From an uncultured delta proteobacterium (GTDB taxonomy: Bacteria; Desulfobacterota; Binatia; JACPRU01), in the NCBI GenBank assembly GCA_963745025.1, contig CAVUWD010000006.1:320001-384000 (forward strand): 64,000 nt of DNA. The letters are read 5' to 3'. The notes below the pieces were generated by a model. That model was not told where the DNA came from and ran no database searches. It saw only the letters and a list, made by a program, of their open reading frames with translations. The translations under genes and the position numbers were made by a program. Positions 1 through 8,295 of the stretch are shown one piece after another. The first letter of the stretch is position 1, and the number at the start of each line of letters is the position of its first letter.

Positions 1-34
1 ATCAATGTAGTGTTGCAGTCAAGACGGAGGCCGC

Positions 35-460
35 TTGGAACACTTCACCCCTTATTCGGCGACGCTCGGCGGGGTGCTCATCGGCGCGTCGGCGAGCTGG
101 CTGCTGCTCGCCACCGGCTGGATCGCCGGCATCAGCGGAATTCTCGGCGGCCTGCTCGTCTCCGGGGGCGGTGACAAGCTCTGGCGGGCGCTGTTCCTCG
201 CCGGATTGATCGGCGGCTGCTGGCTCGTTCGCTTGGCGGGCGGCGACGCGATCGCTGTCACGATCTCGGCCTCCACGGGAGAGCTCGTGCTCGCGGGGCT
301 GCTCGTTGGCTTCGGTACGCGGGTCGCCAACGGCTGCACGAGCGGTCATGGTGTCTGCGGGATGGCGCGGATGTCGCCGCGCTCGATCGTCGCGACGCTC
401 ACCTTCATGGCGAGCGGCGCGTTGACCGTTTTCGTGACGCGGCACCTGCTCGGAGGGTGA
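35..460 (+). CDS. YeeE/YedE family membrane protein (thiosulfate/sulfur transporter half)
   Basis: GGxLIG, IAGISG and [11 protein letters not shown] motifs; hydrophobic 141-aa ORF with TTG start after GGAGG. Confidence 0.9.
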   Translation: MEHFTPYSATLGGVLIGASASWLLLATGWIAGISGILGGLLVSGGGDKLWRALFLAGLIGGCWLVRLAGGDAIAVTISASTGELVLAGLLVGFGTRVANGCTSGHGVCGMARMSPRSIVATLTFMASGALTVFVTRHLLGG

Positions 461-462
461 CC

Positions 463-993
463 ATGCGAAGGCTCTCGGCATCGTTCCTCGCGGGCGTGCT
501 CTTCGGCGCGGGTCTCACGATCTCGCAGATGGTGAACCCCAAGAAGGTCACCGACTTCCTCGATTTCTTCGGTCGCTGGGATCCGAGCCTCGCCTTCGTG
601 ATGGGCTCGGCGCTGGCGGTAACCTTCGCCTTTTTCCGCATCGTCCTCCGCCGGACGCATCCGCTCTTCGCCGAGGAGTTCCACGTCCCCGGCGGGCGGC
701 GGATCGATTCTCGATTGATCGGCGGCTCGGCCCTTTTCGGCGTCGGCTGGGGCTTGGCGGGCTTCTGCCCCGGACCAGCGGTGGCGAGCCTCGCGTACGG
801 CCGCTGGCAATCGGCGACCTTCGTCGTGGCGATGATCGTGGGGATGGTGCTGTGGGAGTGGCGGGCCCTGGCGATCCGCACCCTTTCGGAGCGAGAGGGG
901 AAAATCTTTCCGAGACGTCCGGCCCGAAAGGCTCTGGCAAACGCCAGCACGTTGCCGCCCCTAGGTTCCTACCGTTCAGGAGCCGATGGCTGA
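463..993 (+). CDS. YeeE/YedE family membrane protein (second half, DUF6691-like)
   Basis: FGxGLxISxMxNPxKVxxFLD, WDPSLAFVM and GFCPGPA motifs; starts 2 nt after the partner gene; C-terminal tail may be read-through. Confidence 0.88.
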   Translation: MRRLSASFLAGVLFGAGLTISQMVNPKKVTDFLDFFGRWDPSLAFVMGSALAVTFAFFRIVLRRTHPLFAEEFHVPGGRRIDSRLIGGSALFGVGWGLAGFCPGPAVASLAYGRWQSATFVVAMIVGMVLWEWRALAIRTLSEREGKIFPRRPARKALANASTLPPLGSYRSGADG

Positions 994-1110
994 TGCCAAG
1001 CGCCAGACCGAGGTCGTCTCGTGTGAAGAGGCGGCGCACCGGCTGGATCGCGGGGCGAGCAGCTACGTGTAGAACGACGTCCGTGAAGAATACGCGCACG
1101 AGCTTGCCCA
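986..1110 (+). pseudogene. possible rhodanese-domain remnant
   Basis: AGGAG then ATG986 reads MADAKRQTEVVSCEEAAHRLDRGASSYV*NDVREEYA, resembling a rhodanese N-terminus (..S.EEA..RL..G....DVRE) with in-frame TAG at 1070; sits next to YeeE/YedE genes. Confidence 0.35.
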
Positions 1111-1245
1111 CGCGATGCTCCGAGCGGACATGCGGCGTGCTTCCGACGCGGACCGCACGACAGGCGACCGTGAGGCGACCTTGACTCCCTCGAAGCGAGG
1201 CAGCTAGGGGTTGCCGAGCCAAATCGGCGGAGAGAGGGCAAACCC

Positions 1246-2103
1246 ATGGGCAAACTTGATCGAAAGGTCGCGGTCATCACCGGGGGAGCGAGCGGAATGG
1301 GGGCAGGAACGGTGCGCCGCTTCGTCGCCGAAGGTGCCCGCGTGGTCGTCGCGGACGTCACCGACGAGCGAGGCCGGGCGCTGGCTGGAGAGCTCGGCGC
1401 TGCGGTGGCCTATGCGCATACCGACGTATCGCGCGAAGACGACGTTGCCGGAGCAATCGCCCTGGCGGTCGATCGCTGGGGCCGCCTCGACTGCGTTTTC
1501 AACAATGCCGGCTTCGGCGGCGTCGACGAGATCCTCGAAAAGATTCCGATGGACGGCTACCAGCAGACGATGGACGTTCTCGTCAAAGGTGTACTGCTCG
1601 GAATCAAGCACGCCGCTCCGATCATGAAGAAGCAGCGCTCGGGAAGCATCATCAATACCGGCAGCGTGGCGGGAATGCAGGCGGGCTACGGCCCGCACAT
1701 CTACAGCGCCGCCAAGGCGGCGGTCATTCACCTGTCGCGCAGCGCCGCCATGGAGCTCGGTGAGTGGGGTGTGCGGGTCAACTGCATTTGTCCGGGAGGG
1801 ATCGTGACGCCGATCTTCGGCAAGGCGCTCGGCCTCCCGGCCGAGAAGGCCGACGAAACGCTCGGCGCCGTGAGCGAGGCTCTGCGGCTCTTCCAGGCGA
1901 TTCCGCGACCCGGCCACCCGGCTGACATCGCTTCGGCAGCCCTCTTTCTCGCCAGCGACGACGCGGCGTTCGTCAACGGCCACGCGCTGGTCGTCGATGG
2001 AGGACTGACCGCCGGCCGCCGCTTCAGCGACGCGCAGGAGTCTTGGAATACGTTCCGCGATCTGATGGGAATTCAAAGAAAAGAAATCCCCCACCCAACC
2101 TGA
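1246..2103 (+). CDS. short-chain dehydrogenase/reductase (classical SDR)
   Basis: TGGASGMG, NNAG, YSAAK, VNCICPG and VDGG motifs. Confidence 0.93.
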   Translation: MGKLDRKVAVITGGASGMGAGTVRRFVAEGARVVVADVTDERGRALAGELGAAVAYAHTDVSREDDVAGAIALAVDRWGRLDCVFNNAGFGGVDEILEKIPMDGYQQTMDVLVKGVLLGIKHAAPIMKKQRSGSIINTGSVAGMQAGYGPHIYSAAKAAVIHLSRSAAMELGEWGVRVNCICPGGIVTPIFGKALGLPAEKADETLGAVSEALRLFQAIPRPGHPADIASAALFLASDDAAFVNGHALVVDGGLTAGRRFSDAQESWNTFRDLMGIQRKEIPHPT

Positions 2104-2197
2104 GCGGCCTGGACACATCGCCGCCGCGCTACGCGCGGCGTGCTGGAGAATTCCGCCGCATCGATGTCTCCCTTGAGAATCCGGGGGCGGACGGCTG

Positions 2198-3343
2198 TCA
2201 GAAGGCCGCAAGACCGATCAGGTTGCGGCCGATGATCAGCTTCTGGATTTCGGACGTGCCGTCGGGAATCGTCATCATCCGCGCGTTGCGAAAATGCAGC
2301 TCGACCGGGAGCTCGCGGCTGAGTCCGTACGCGCCGTGGACCTCGATCGCACGCGAGGCGATTCGCACCGCGGCTTCGGTCGCGTAATACTTCGCCATCG
2401 AGGTTTGGGTGTCGCAGCGGATCCCCTTCTGCACCAGATGGAGTCCGCGGAGCATGAGCAGCCGCGCGGCATCGAGCTCGGTCGCCATGTCTGCAATCAG
2501 CTCCTGAACGAGCTGATGTCCGCCGATCTTCTTGCCCCATTGCTCCCGCCCCTTCACGTAAACAAGCGACGCGTCGAGCGCCGCGCGTGCGATGCCGGTG
2601 GCGATCGCGGCGACGAAGCAGCGCGCCCGCTCGAAGAGCTGGAGCGTGCTGCGCAGCCCGACCCCGGGCTCGCCGAGGCGCCGGCCGACCGGCACGAACA
2701 CGTCGTCGAACACGAGCTCCGCCGTCGACCAGTCGTTCAGCCCGAGCTTCGGAAGCTCGCGCGAGCGGTAACCGTCATCGCGCTCGACCACCATCTGAGA
2801 AAGCCCTTCCGACTCGTCCTCACCCCGTACCACCACTACCGCGAGGTCGGAGATGCCGGCGTTCGAGATCCACGTCTTCTCGCCACGAACGCGCCATCCA
2901 TCGCCGTCTCGTACGGCCCGCGTCCGTACCTTCCGCACGTTCGAGCCGACTCCCGGCTCGGTGATCGCCGAGCAGCCGATCAACTCCCCGGCGAGGAGCC
3001 GCGGCAGCCAGCGCCGCTTCTGCTCCGGAGACCCGAGCATGCCGATCGCGAGCGCCACGCCCTCGTTGATGAACGCCGTTCCGGCGATTCCGGGCGAGAT
3101 GCGGGCGAGCTCCTCGTAGAGAAGACCGCTCGTCACGAGGTCGAGCGCGAGGCCACCGTCGTTCTCGCCGAGCCAGCCGGTCCCAACGCCGTAAGGCGCC
3201 AGCTTTCGCAATAGCGTGTGAGCGAGGTCCTTCGGGATGGTGGCGTCGCGCCAGGGCTCCACGGCCGGCGCGATCTCCGTCTCCACGAAGCGCCGGAACG
3301 CGCCGAGCGCAATCGACTGTTCCTCGCTGAGATCGAAGTCCAT
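2198..3343 (-). CDS. acyl-CoA dehydrogenase
   Basis: AITEPGVGS, GEKTWISN, IEVHGAYG and IPDGTSEIQ motifs. Confidence 0.93.
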   Translation of the reverse strand: MDFDLSEEQSIALGAFRRFVETEIAPAVEPWRDATIPKDLAHTLLRKLAPYGVGTGWLGENDGGLALDLVTSGLLYEELARISPGIAGTAFINEGVALAIGMLGSPEQKRRWLPRLLAGELIGCSAITEPGVGSNVRKVRTRAVRDGDGWRVRGEKTWISNAGISDLAVVVVRGEDESEGLSQMVVERDDGYRSRELPKLGLNDWSTAELVFDDVFVPVGRRLGEPGVGLRSTLQLFERARCFVAAIATGIARAALDASLVYVKGREQWGKKIGGHQLVQELIADMATELDAARLLMLRGLHLVQKGIRCDTQTSMAKYYATEAAVRIASRAIEVHGAYGLSRELPVELHFRNARMMTIPDGTSEIQKLIIGRNLIGLAAF

Positions 3344-3396
3344 CCGACACCCCTCTCCTCGCCAGCGTTACGACCCGCGAGCCGCCAGTCAAGCGA

Positions 3397-3416
3397 TGTG
3401 CGGCGATCTTGCCAAC
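3397..3416 (-). promoter_or_regulatory. possible sigma54 -24/-12 promoter for the acyl-CoA dehydrogenase
   Basis: minus strand TGGCAAGATCGCCGCA has GG-N10-GC spacing about 60 nt upstream of ATG3343; -12 half is imperfect. Confidence 0.3.
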
Positions 3417-3506
3417 GGGCGACCCGATTCTCACGCGGGATTGCCACAACCGGCATCCAGGAGGAAGATGCGTGCAAGACGACGACGCCGCGCCGTAAGG
3501 AGGGAC

Positions 3507-4571
3507 ATGAGCATGCGCATCGATCGATCGGAGTGGGGCATCCGTCTCTCGGACCGCGTTCGCGCGGCGCTCTCGGCGGGCGACATCGAAGTCGCACGCC
3601 GACTCGTCGCCGAGGGCGACGGCATGGCGAGAAGCCTCGAGAAGGAATACTCGCTGATGGTCAAGGGCCTCGGCATCACGATCCGGATCCTACTGGATCT
3701 GCTGGAGGAGGCGGCAGGACGGCTCGCGAACGACGAGGCTCGGCGGAGTCTCGCCGAGGTGCTGTGGCGTTTCTGTAGGGACATGACGAGGCTCGTGTCC
3801 CCGGCGGAGGGCAGCGAGCCGAACGCGCAGGACAGGGCCGCGGGAGTGGCGGGCGCGCTCGCACGGACGCGGCTGCTGCTCGCGGAGTCCGAAGCGCGAT
3901 TCGACCACGAGCAGAAACAGCTCGCGGGACAGATCCTCGAAGCCCTGGATCGGCGTGACGGCAACGCCGCTCTTGAACTCAGCGACCGCAAGGAGCGCCT
4001 TGAGTTCGTGCCGCTCCACGATCGCTTGGTCCGCTTCATGGCCGAGGTGTGGGGCTACGTGCTCGAGCGTTTGGGGGCCGAAGAGCTCGGCCGCTTCCAC
4101 CTCGCGACCGCCGAGGCGCAGCGCCGCGGCTTCGAAGCCTGGGAGCGCCTCTCGCCGGCGGAGTTCGCACGGGCCACGGCCTTTCTTGCGCGCCAGCACA
4201 TGGGAGACATGGCGATCACGGAGTACGAGGACAAGTTCCAGTTCGAGTTCTCGCCCTGCGGCAGCGGCGGCCGCCTTCGCCGCGACGGCGCCTACGAAGG
4301 ATCGAGCCCGCTGCCTTACGTTGAGAAGTCGGGCGCGCTGACGTTCGGCAAAGGCAAGCTACCGGTCTATTGTTCCCACTGTCCGATGTGGAACTCGGTG
4401 GCGGCCACCGCGTGGTTCGGACATCCGCAATGGGTGTTCGACGATCCCGCGCGCGCGGACGGGTCGTGTACGATGAGCATCTACAAGCATCCCGAGAGCA
4501 TACCTGCCGAGTACTTTCGGCGCCTGGGTCTTGCCGTGCCCGCGGCCACGCCCCGACCTGGGCAGCGCTGA
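3507..4571 (+). CDS. hypothetical protein with Cys/His metal-binding motifs (PCGSGG, YCSHC, distal C)
   Basis: AAGGAGG RBS before ATG3507; 354-aa ORF with good codon usage, divergent from the ACAD gene; family not named with confidence. Confidence 0.8.
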   Translation: MSMRIDRSEWGIRLSDRVRAALSAGDIEVARRLVAEGDGMARSLEKEYSLMVKGLGITIRILLDLLEEAAGRLANDEARRSLAEVLWRFCRDMTRLVSPAEGSEPNAQDRAAGVAGALARTRLLLAESEARFDHEQKQLAGQILEALDRRDGNAALELSDRKERLEFVPLHDRLVRFMAEVWGYVLERLGAEELGRFHLATAEAQRRGFEAWERLSPAEFARATAFLARQHMGDMAITEYEDKFQFEFSPCGSGGRLRRDGAYEGSSPLPYVEKSGALTFGKGKLPVYCSHCPMWNSVAATAWFGHPQWVFDDPARADGSCTMSIYKHPESIPAEYFRRLGLAVPAATPRPGQR

Positions 4572-4695
4572 TGCAACGGACCGTAAACGGACCGTAGGAT
4601 GAAGAAGTCTCCTCCGCGCGCCGACTCGGCGCCCCGGCCGGAAACACCAGGGGCGTGTTCGGTGGGATGGCCGCGAGACTTTCGCGCGGCGCCAC

Positions 4696-4905
4696 CTATC
4701 TGGACGCCGTAACCCCGACGAAGGAGTAGAAGCTCTCGCCGGGGATCCGCGCCCTGCGCTTTACGTCCGCGAACCCCGCCTCCTTCATCTGCGCGACCAT
4801 TTCCCCGGGCGTAGGCAGTCTCCCGCAACCCGCGGTCATCGCACCCCATAGGTTTAGGATGTCGGTGACAGCGCCTCGTCGTTTGCAGGCGCGGGCGGTC
4901 AGGCG
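4696..4905 (-). pseudogene. C-terminal remnant of a class I SAM-dependent methyltransferase
   Basis: startless frame reads ...AVTDILNLWGAMTAGCGRLPTPGEMVAQMKEAGFADVKRRARIPGESFYSFVG...*, the typical final helix-strand-strand (xxxAGFxxV) of methyltransferases. Confidence 0.5.
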
Positions 4906-4936
4906 GCAGCCGGCTCCCCGGCGGGAGGTGAGCGCG

Positions 4937-5341
4937 TCACGCGGACTCGCCTCGGGTGAGTGCGCGCGCGGTCTCCACGATCGCCTGCAGCGTGGAACCC
5001 GGTGGAAAGGTCGCGACGCCGCGCTCGGCGAGCTTGCGGCAGGCGTGCGGCGCGAGCGTTCCGCCCGCGATCACCGGGGCATCGATGCCCGCTGCGCGCA
5101 GCGCGTCGAGGATGCGCTCGGCGACCTCGACCCGGCCCCCGACGTTCAGGCCGACCAAGTCGACGTCCTCGTCGGCGGCCGCCCGGACGATCTCCTCGAC
5201 GCTCGCCATGCCGGCGAAGATGACCTCGAATCCCGCGTTGCGCAGCGCCTGGGCGACCGCGAGAGGCCCCCGCCAATGGCCATCGAGGCTCGTCTTGGCC
5301 AACAGAACCCTGCGAGCCGGCGCCGCAAGCTCTCCCTTCAT
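4937..5341 (-). CDS. cobalamin-binding small subunit of an acyl-CoA mutase
   Basis: LLAKTSLDGHWRG (DxHxxG B12 motif), AGFEVI and VIAGG; ATGA overlap with the large subunit. Confidence 0.9.
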   Translation of the reverse strand: MKGELAAPARRVLLAKTSLDGHWRGPLAVAQALRNAGFEVIFAGMASVEEIVRAAADEDVDLVGLNVGGRVEVAERILDALRAAGIDAPVIAGGTLAPHACRKLAERGVATFPPGSTLQAIVETARALTRGESA

Positions 5342-6957
5342 ACGTTGACGGGCACTTTCCAAGCCCCGAAGACGTCGCGGAAAACCGCCCCGACTTCACC
5401 GAGGGTTACCTCGGCATCGAGCACCTCGAGCATGGAGGGCATGACGTTCTCCTCGGGGTCGCGGCAGGCCCGCTCGAGGCGTCGGATGGCGTCGCGGGCT
5501 CGCCGGGCATCGCGCGTGCGGCGCACGGCCTCGAGGCGTTCGAGCGATCGCTCGTAGACGTTGTCGACCGGGCGAAACCCCTCGACCTCGAGCGCACCGA
5601 CGTCGGCATCGAAGCAATTGACACCGACGATCTTCCGCTCGCCGCGCTCGATCCTGCGGCTGTCTTCGAGCTGGTTGGTGATCGCCCGCTGGTGGAGCCA
5701 CCCCGAGTCGAGCGTGGCGATGAATCCACCGTGCGCCTCGATCTCGCCGACGAACTCCCAGGCGCGACGTTCGATCTCGGCGGTGAGCGCCTCGACGAAA
5801 TAGGAGCCGCCGAGCGGATCGGCGACGGCGGTCAGGTTCGTCTCGTTCTGCAGGATCTGCTGGATGCGCACGGACATCTGATGGGCGTGCTCCGAGGGGA
5901 TCGAGATCGCTTCGTCATAGCCCGAGACGCCGAGCGACTGGACTCCGCCGAGCACGGCGGCGAACGCCATCAGCGTGCCTCGCACGACGTTGTTCAGCGG
6001 CTGCGGGTAGGTCATGGCCGTTCCCGCGGTGACGACGTGAATCCGCAAGCGCAGGGCCTGCGGATCGTCAACGCCGTAGCGCTCGCGAAGGAGGTCGTGC
6101 CACATCTTGCGCGCGGCGCGAAGCTTGGCGATGTCCTCGAAGAGATCCATGGAGACGCGGAAGCTCACTCCCCCCACGGCGTGTGCGACCGCCGCCATCT
6201 CGAGCCGCCCGCGCTGCCGGACGAGATCGAGGTACTCGATGGCGTTGGCGAGCAGTGCACCGAGCTCTTGCCACGCGTTGAGCCCGGTATCGGCGCCGTT
6301 GTAGGCGGCGATCGATACCGGCACCCAGCGCGGCACCTCGGCGGCGCAGAACTCGATGAGATCGCGGTTCAGGCGCAAGCCTGCGCGCGCCGGAATCTGT
6401 TCCTTCGGGAAGCAGCCGAGATAGGTGAGGAAGTAGTCGCTCTGGCCCGTGCCGGAGAGGTTCCTCAGGTCGAGACCGCGGCGTCGCGCGATCGTCCAAT
6501 AGGCCGCGTTGGCGTAGGGCGCGTGCTGCACGACGCCGCCGCCGCTGTGCGCGTAGTAGGCCGCTTGATCGATGCGGTCGAGAGCGATGTGGTAATCGCG
6601 AACGTGGAGGAGCACCGCTCCGGTGAGGCCGACGTCCTCGCGCCGCGCGACGACCTCCGGGTGATCGACGTCGTAGAGGTGATCGGCCGTCATGCGATCG
6701 TGCTCCATGATGAAGCCGGTCTCGCCGTGCTCGAGCAGGAACCGGATGCGCTCGTTTTCGTCTTCCGGGTTGCCGTAGCCCGAGAGCTGGAAGATCCGCC
6801 ACGGGCGGCTGCGGTACATCTCCGGATACGCTCCGCGAAGAAACGGCGCCTGCCCGGGACGGGAGTCCGCCGCGTCGCGCTGCGGCGCGGGAACGTCGGC
6901 CGGACCGTAAACCGGCCGGATGGGGATCCCCGAGGCCGTGTACCGCTCGCCACTCAC
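5338..6957 (-). CDS. methylmalonyl-CoA mutase family large (substrate-binding) subunit, atypical specificity residues
   Basis: YTASGIPI, PFLRGAYPEMY, IAKLRAARKMW, QPLNNVVR, LGGVQSL, DPLGGSYFVE and VGVN motifs; GTG start. Confidence 0.93.
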   Translation of the reverse strand: MSGERYTASGIPIRPVYGPADVPAPQRDAADSRPGQAPFLRGAYPEMYRSRPWRIFQLSGYGNPEDENERIRFLLEHGETGFIMEHDRMTADHLYDVDHPEVVARREDVGLTGAVLLHVRDYHIALDRIDQAAYYAHSGGGVVQHAPYANAAYWTIARRRGLDLRNLSGTGQSDYFLTYLGCFPKEQIPARAGLRLNRDLIEFCAAEVPRWVPVSIAAYNGADTGLNAWQELGALLANAIEYLDLVRQRGRLEMAAVAHAVGGVSFRVSMDLFEDIAKLRAARKMWHDLLRERYGVDDPQALRLRIHVVTAGTAMTYPQPLNNVVRGTLMAFAAVLGGVQSLGVSGYDEAISIPSEHAHQMSVRIQQILQNETNLTAVADPLGGSYFVEALTAEIERRAWEFVGEIEAHGGFIATLDSGWLHQRAITNQLEDSRRIERGERKIVGVNCFDADVGALEVEGFRPVDNVYERSLERLEAVRRTRDARRARDAIRRLERACRDPEENVMPSMLEVLDAEVTLGEVGAVFRDVFGAWKVPVNV

Positions 6958-7182
6958 CGCACGGCCTCTCCGGCTGGCTCGCCGAAGCGCTCGGACACGG
7001 TCACTGCACGACCTCCGCGGTTTTCAAGATTGCTTCGCATGATAACCCACCGGGCTTTCCGTCTGGCTAGTCTAGCGATCGACGGGGAGATTCCTTCTCT
7101 CTGCCCCCTCGCTTGTCAAGCAAAATTCCCAGGCCACTTTGTGACCCGCACCCGATCAGTTTTCACACGACGCTCGAGGAGA

Positions 7183-7351
7183 CGGACGCGGTCGGTTGTG
7201 GTCGGCCCGTACTCGGGTCGATCACAATCGACCGCGTCCGCGCGGAGCGCGGAAGACATAACCCTCGACACTGGTCTATTGTCTTCCGCGCTTGCGCGCG
7301 GTGGCTGGATTTTCCGGTCGACCCGGATCCGGGCCGACCGGAAAGTCCAGC
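7183..7351. repeat. three tandem long hairpins, the outer two sharing an inverted 24-nt core
   Basis: 27-bp stem 7183-7209/7214-7240; 13-bp stem 7246-7258/7280-7292; 48-nt near-palindrome 7304-7351; shared core GGTCG(G/A)CCCG-N4-CGGG(T/C)CGA(T/C)C. Confidence 0.8.
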
Positions 7352-7617
7352 GCTTCCGGATCTCGAGCGCCGGAGGCGAAGACTGAGGCATCCCAGGCCA
7401 CTAGCCGCGAGGGCGGCCTGCCCCGGGCAGGCTGCCCGGCACTCAGCCACACGGGCAGCAGCTCGCCCTCGTACTCCATCCCCCGGCACGAGACCGCCAG
7501 AATCCACCGCGCCGTTCCATGAAGACGTGCCGATACATTCTCGAGCACGCGTGAAACTCGGGAACGATCACGTGGAGTGTGGCCTCCCGCGCGTCACCGC
7601 CTGCCGCGGTCATCGGG

Positions 7618-8091
7618 TCATCGAGCCTCGAACTTCATCCTCGTCTTCTGGGCCCAGCTCTCGCCGTCGGGGAGGAAGTAATCGAAACTCACCCGCCGCG
7701 CCTTGAACTTCCACTGGCCGTCGACGCGGACGAACTCGTCGTCGTACCGGCCGGCTGCGGTGAAGCCCTTCCCCTCCGTGGTGATCAATTTCACCTCGAA
7801 ATAGCATCCACCGTCGCCACGGTCGCCCGCGAGCCGGATCACGTGGTTGTGCACGTAGTGACGCATTTCGGTGAAGTTCGCGGGGAGGTACTCGCAGTAG
7901 AATTGGCGGATCTGGTCGATCCCGTGAAAGAGGCCGATCGGCCCGAAGTCCGCCACGGCGTCGTTCGAGTAGAGCGCCGCGCACTCTGCGAGCTTTCCCT
8001 GGTCGACGTGGTAGCTGTAGAGGTGACGAAGCTCCTTGATCGCCTCCCGGTCCTCGGTCTCGCGCATCCGACTTTCCATGTCTCTGGACAT
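7618..8091 (-). CDS. NTF2/SnoaL-like protein (BaiE/LinA-type dehydratase-like)
   Basis: EDREAIKELxxxYxxxxD, RHYVHN and GRYDDEFVRVDGQWKF; AGGAG RBS. Confidence 0.88.
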   Translation of the reverse strand: MSRDMESRMRETEDREAIKELRHLYSYHVDQGKLAECAALYSNDAVADFGPIGLFHGIDQIRQFYCEYLPANFTEMRHYVHNHVIRLAGDRGDGGCYFEVKLITTEGKGFTAAGRYDDEFVRVDGQWKFKARRVSFDYFLPDGESWAQKTRMKFEAR

Positions 8092-8295
8092 TGCCGTTTC
8101 TCCTCTTGATGGATGTAAGACTCTTCGCCGTTCGCCGCCGCGGCGCTCAGACCTTCTCGACCGTACCCAGAGCCCGCCATCGAGGCATCCGAAGGCGCCT
8201 CTCGGTCGTGCGCGAACGCGTGCCGAGCTGCTACTGGCAAGTGCCAGTGCCCCGGTGCAGACTTCGCAGTGACCTCTCTTCGCGCACCCCCCCTC

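Noticed and set aside
1070-1072. In-frame TAG as pyrrolysine read-through in the rhodanese-like fragment
   Set aside because: Downstream sequence loses similarity and no pyl genes are present; decay is the simpler explanation
5338-6957. Ordinary methylmalonyl-CoA mutase (mutA/scpA)
   Set aside because: Carboxylate-binding specificity residues (RQY loop, Arg207, His244 equivalents) are replaced, so no gene symbol was assigned
6960-7180. Cobalamin riboswitch upstream of the mutase (or of nrdJ)
   Set aside because: Could not find the conserved GGGAA...GCCACTG B12-box pattern on the relevant strand; an Rfam scan would settle it
7183-7351. CRISPR array or integron attC sites
   Set aside because: No equal-length direct repeats with spacers, no cas genes, and no RYYYAAC...GTTRRRY ends
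5692-7386. Long antisense ORFs (also 15445-17196, 33768-35426, 35930-37543, 48550-50124)
   Set aside because: Stop-poor reverse frames of genuine GC-rich genes, with no recognisable motifs
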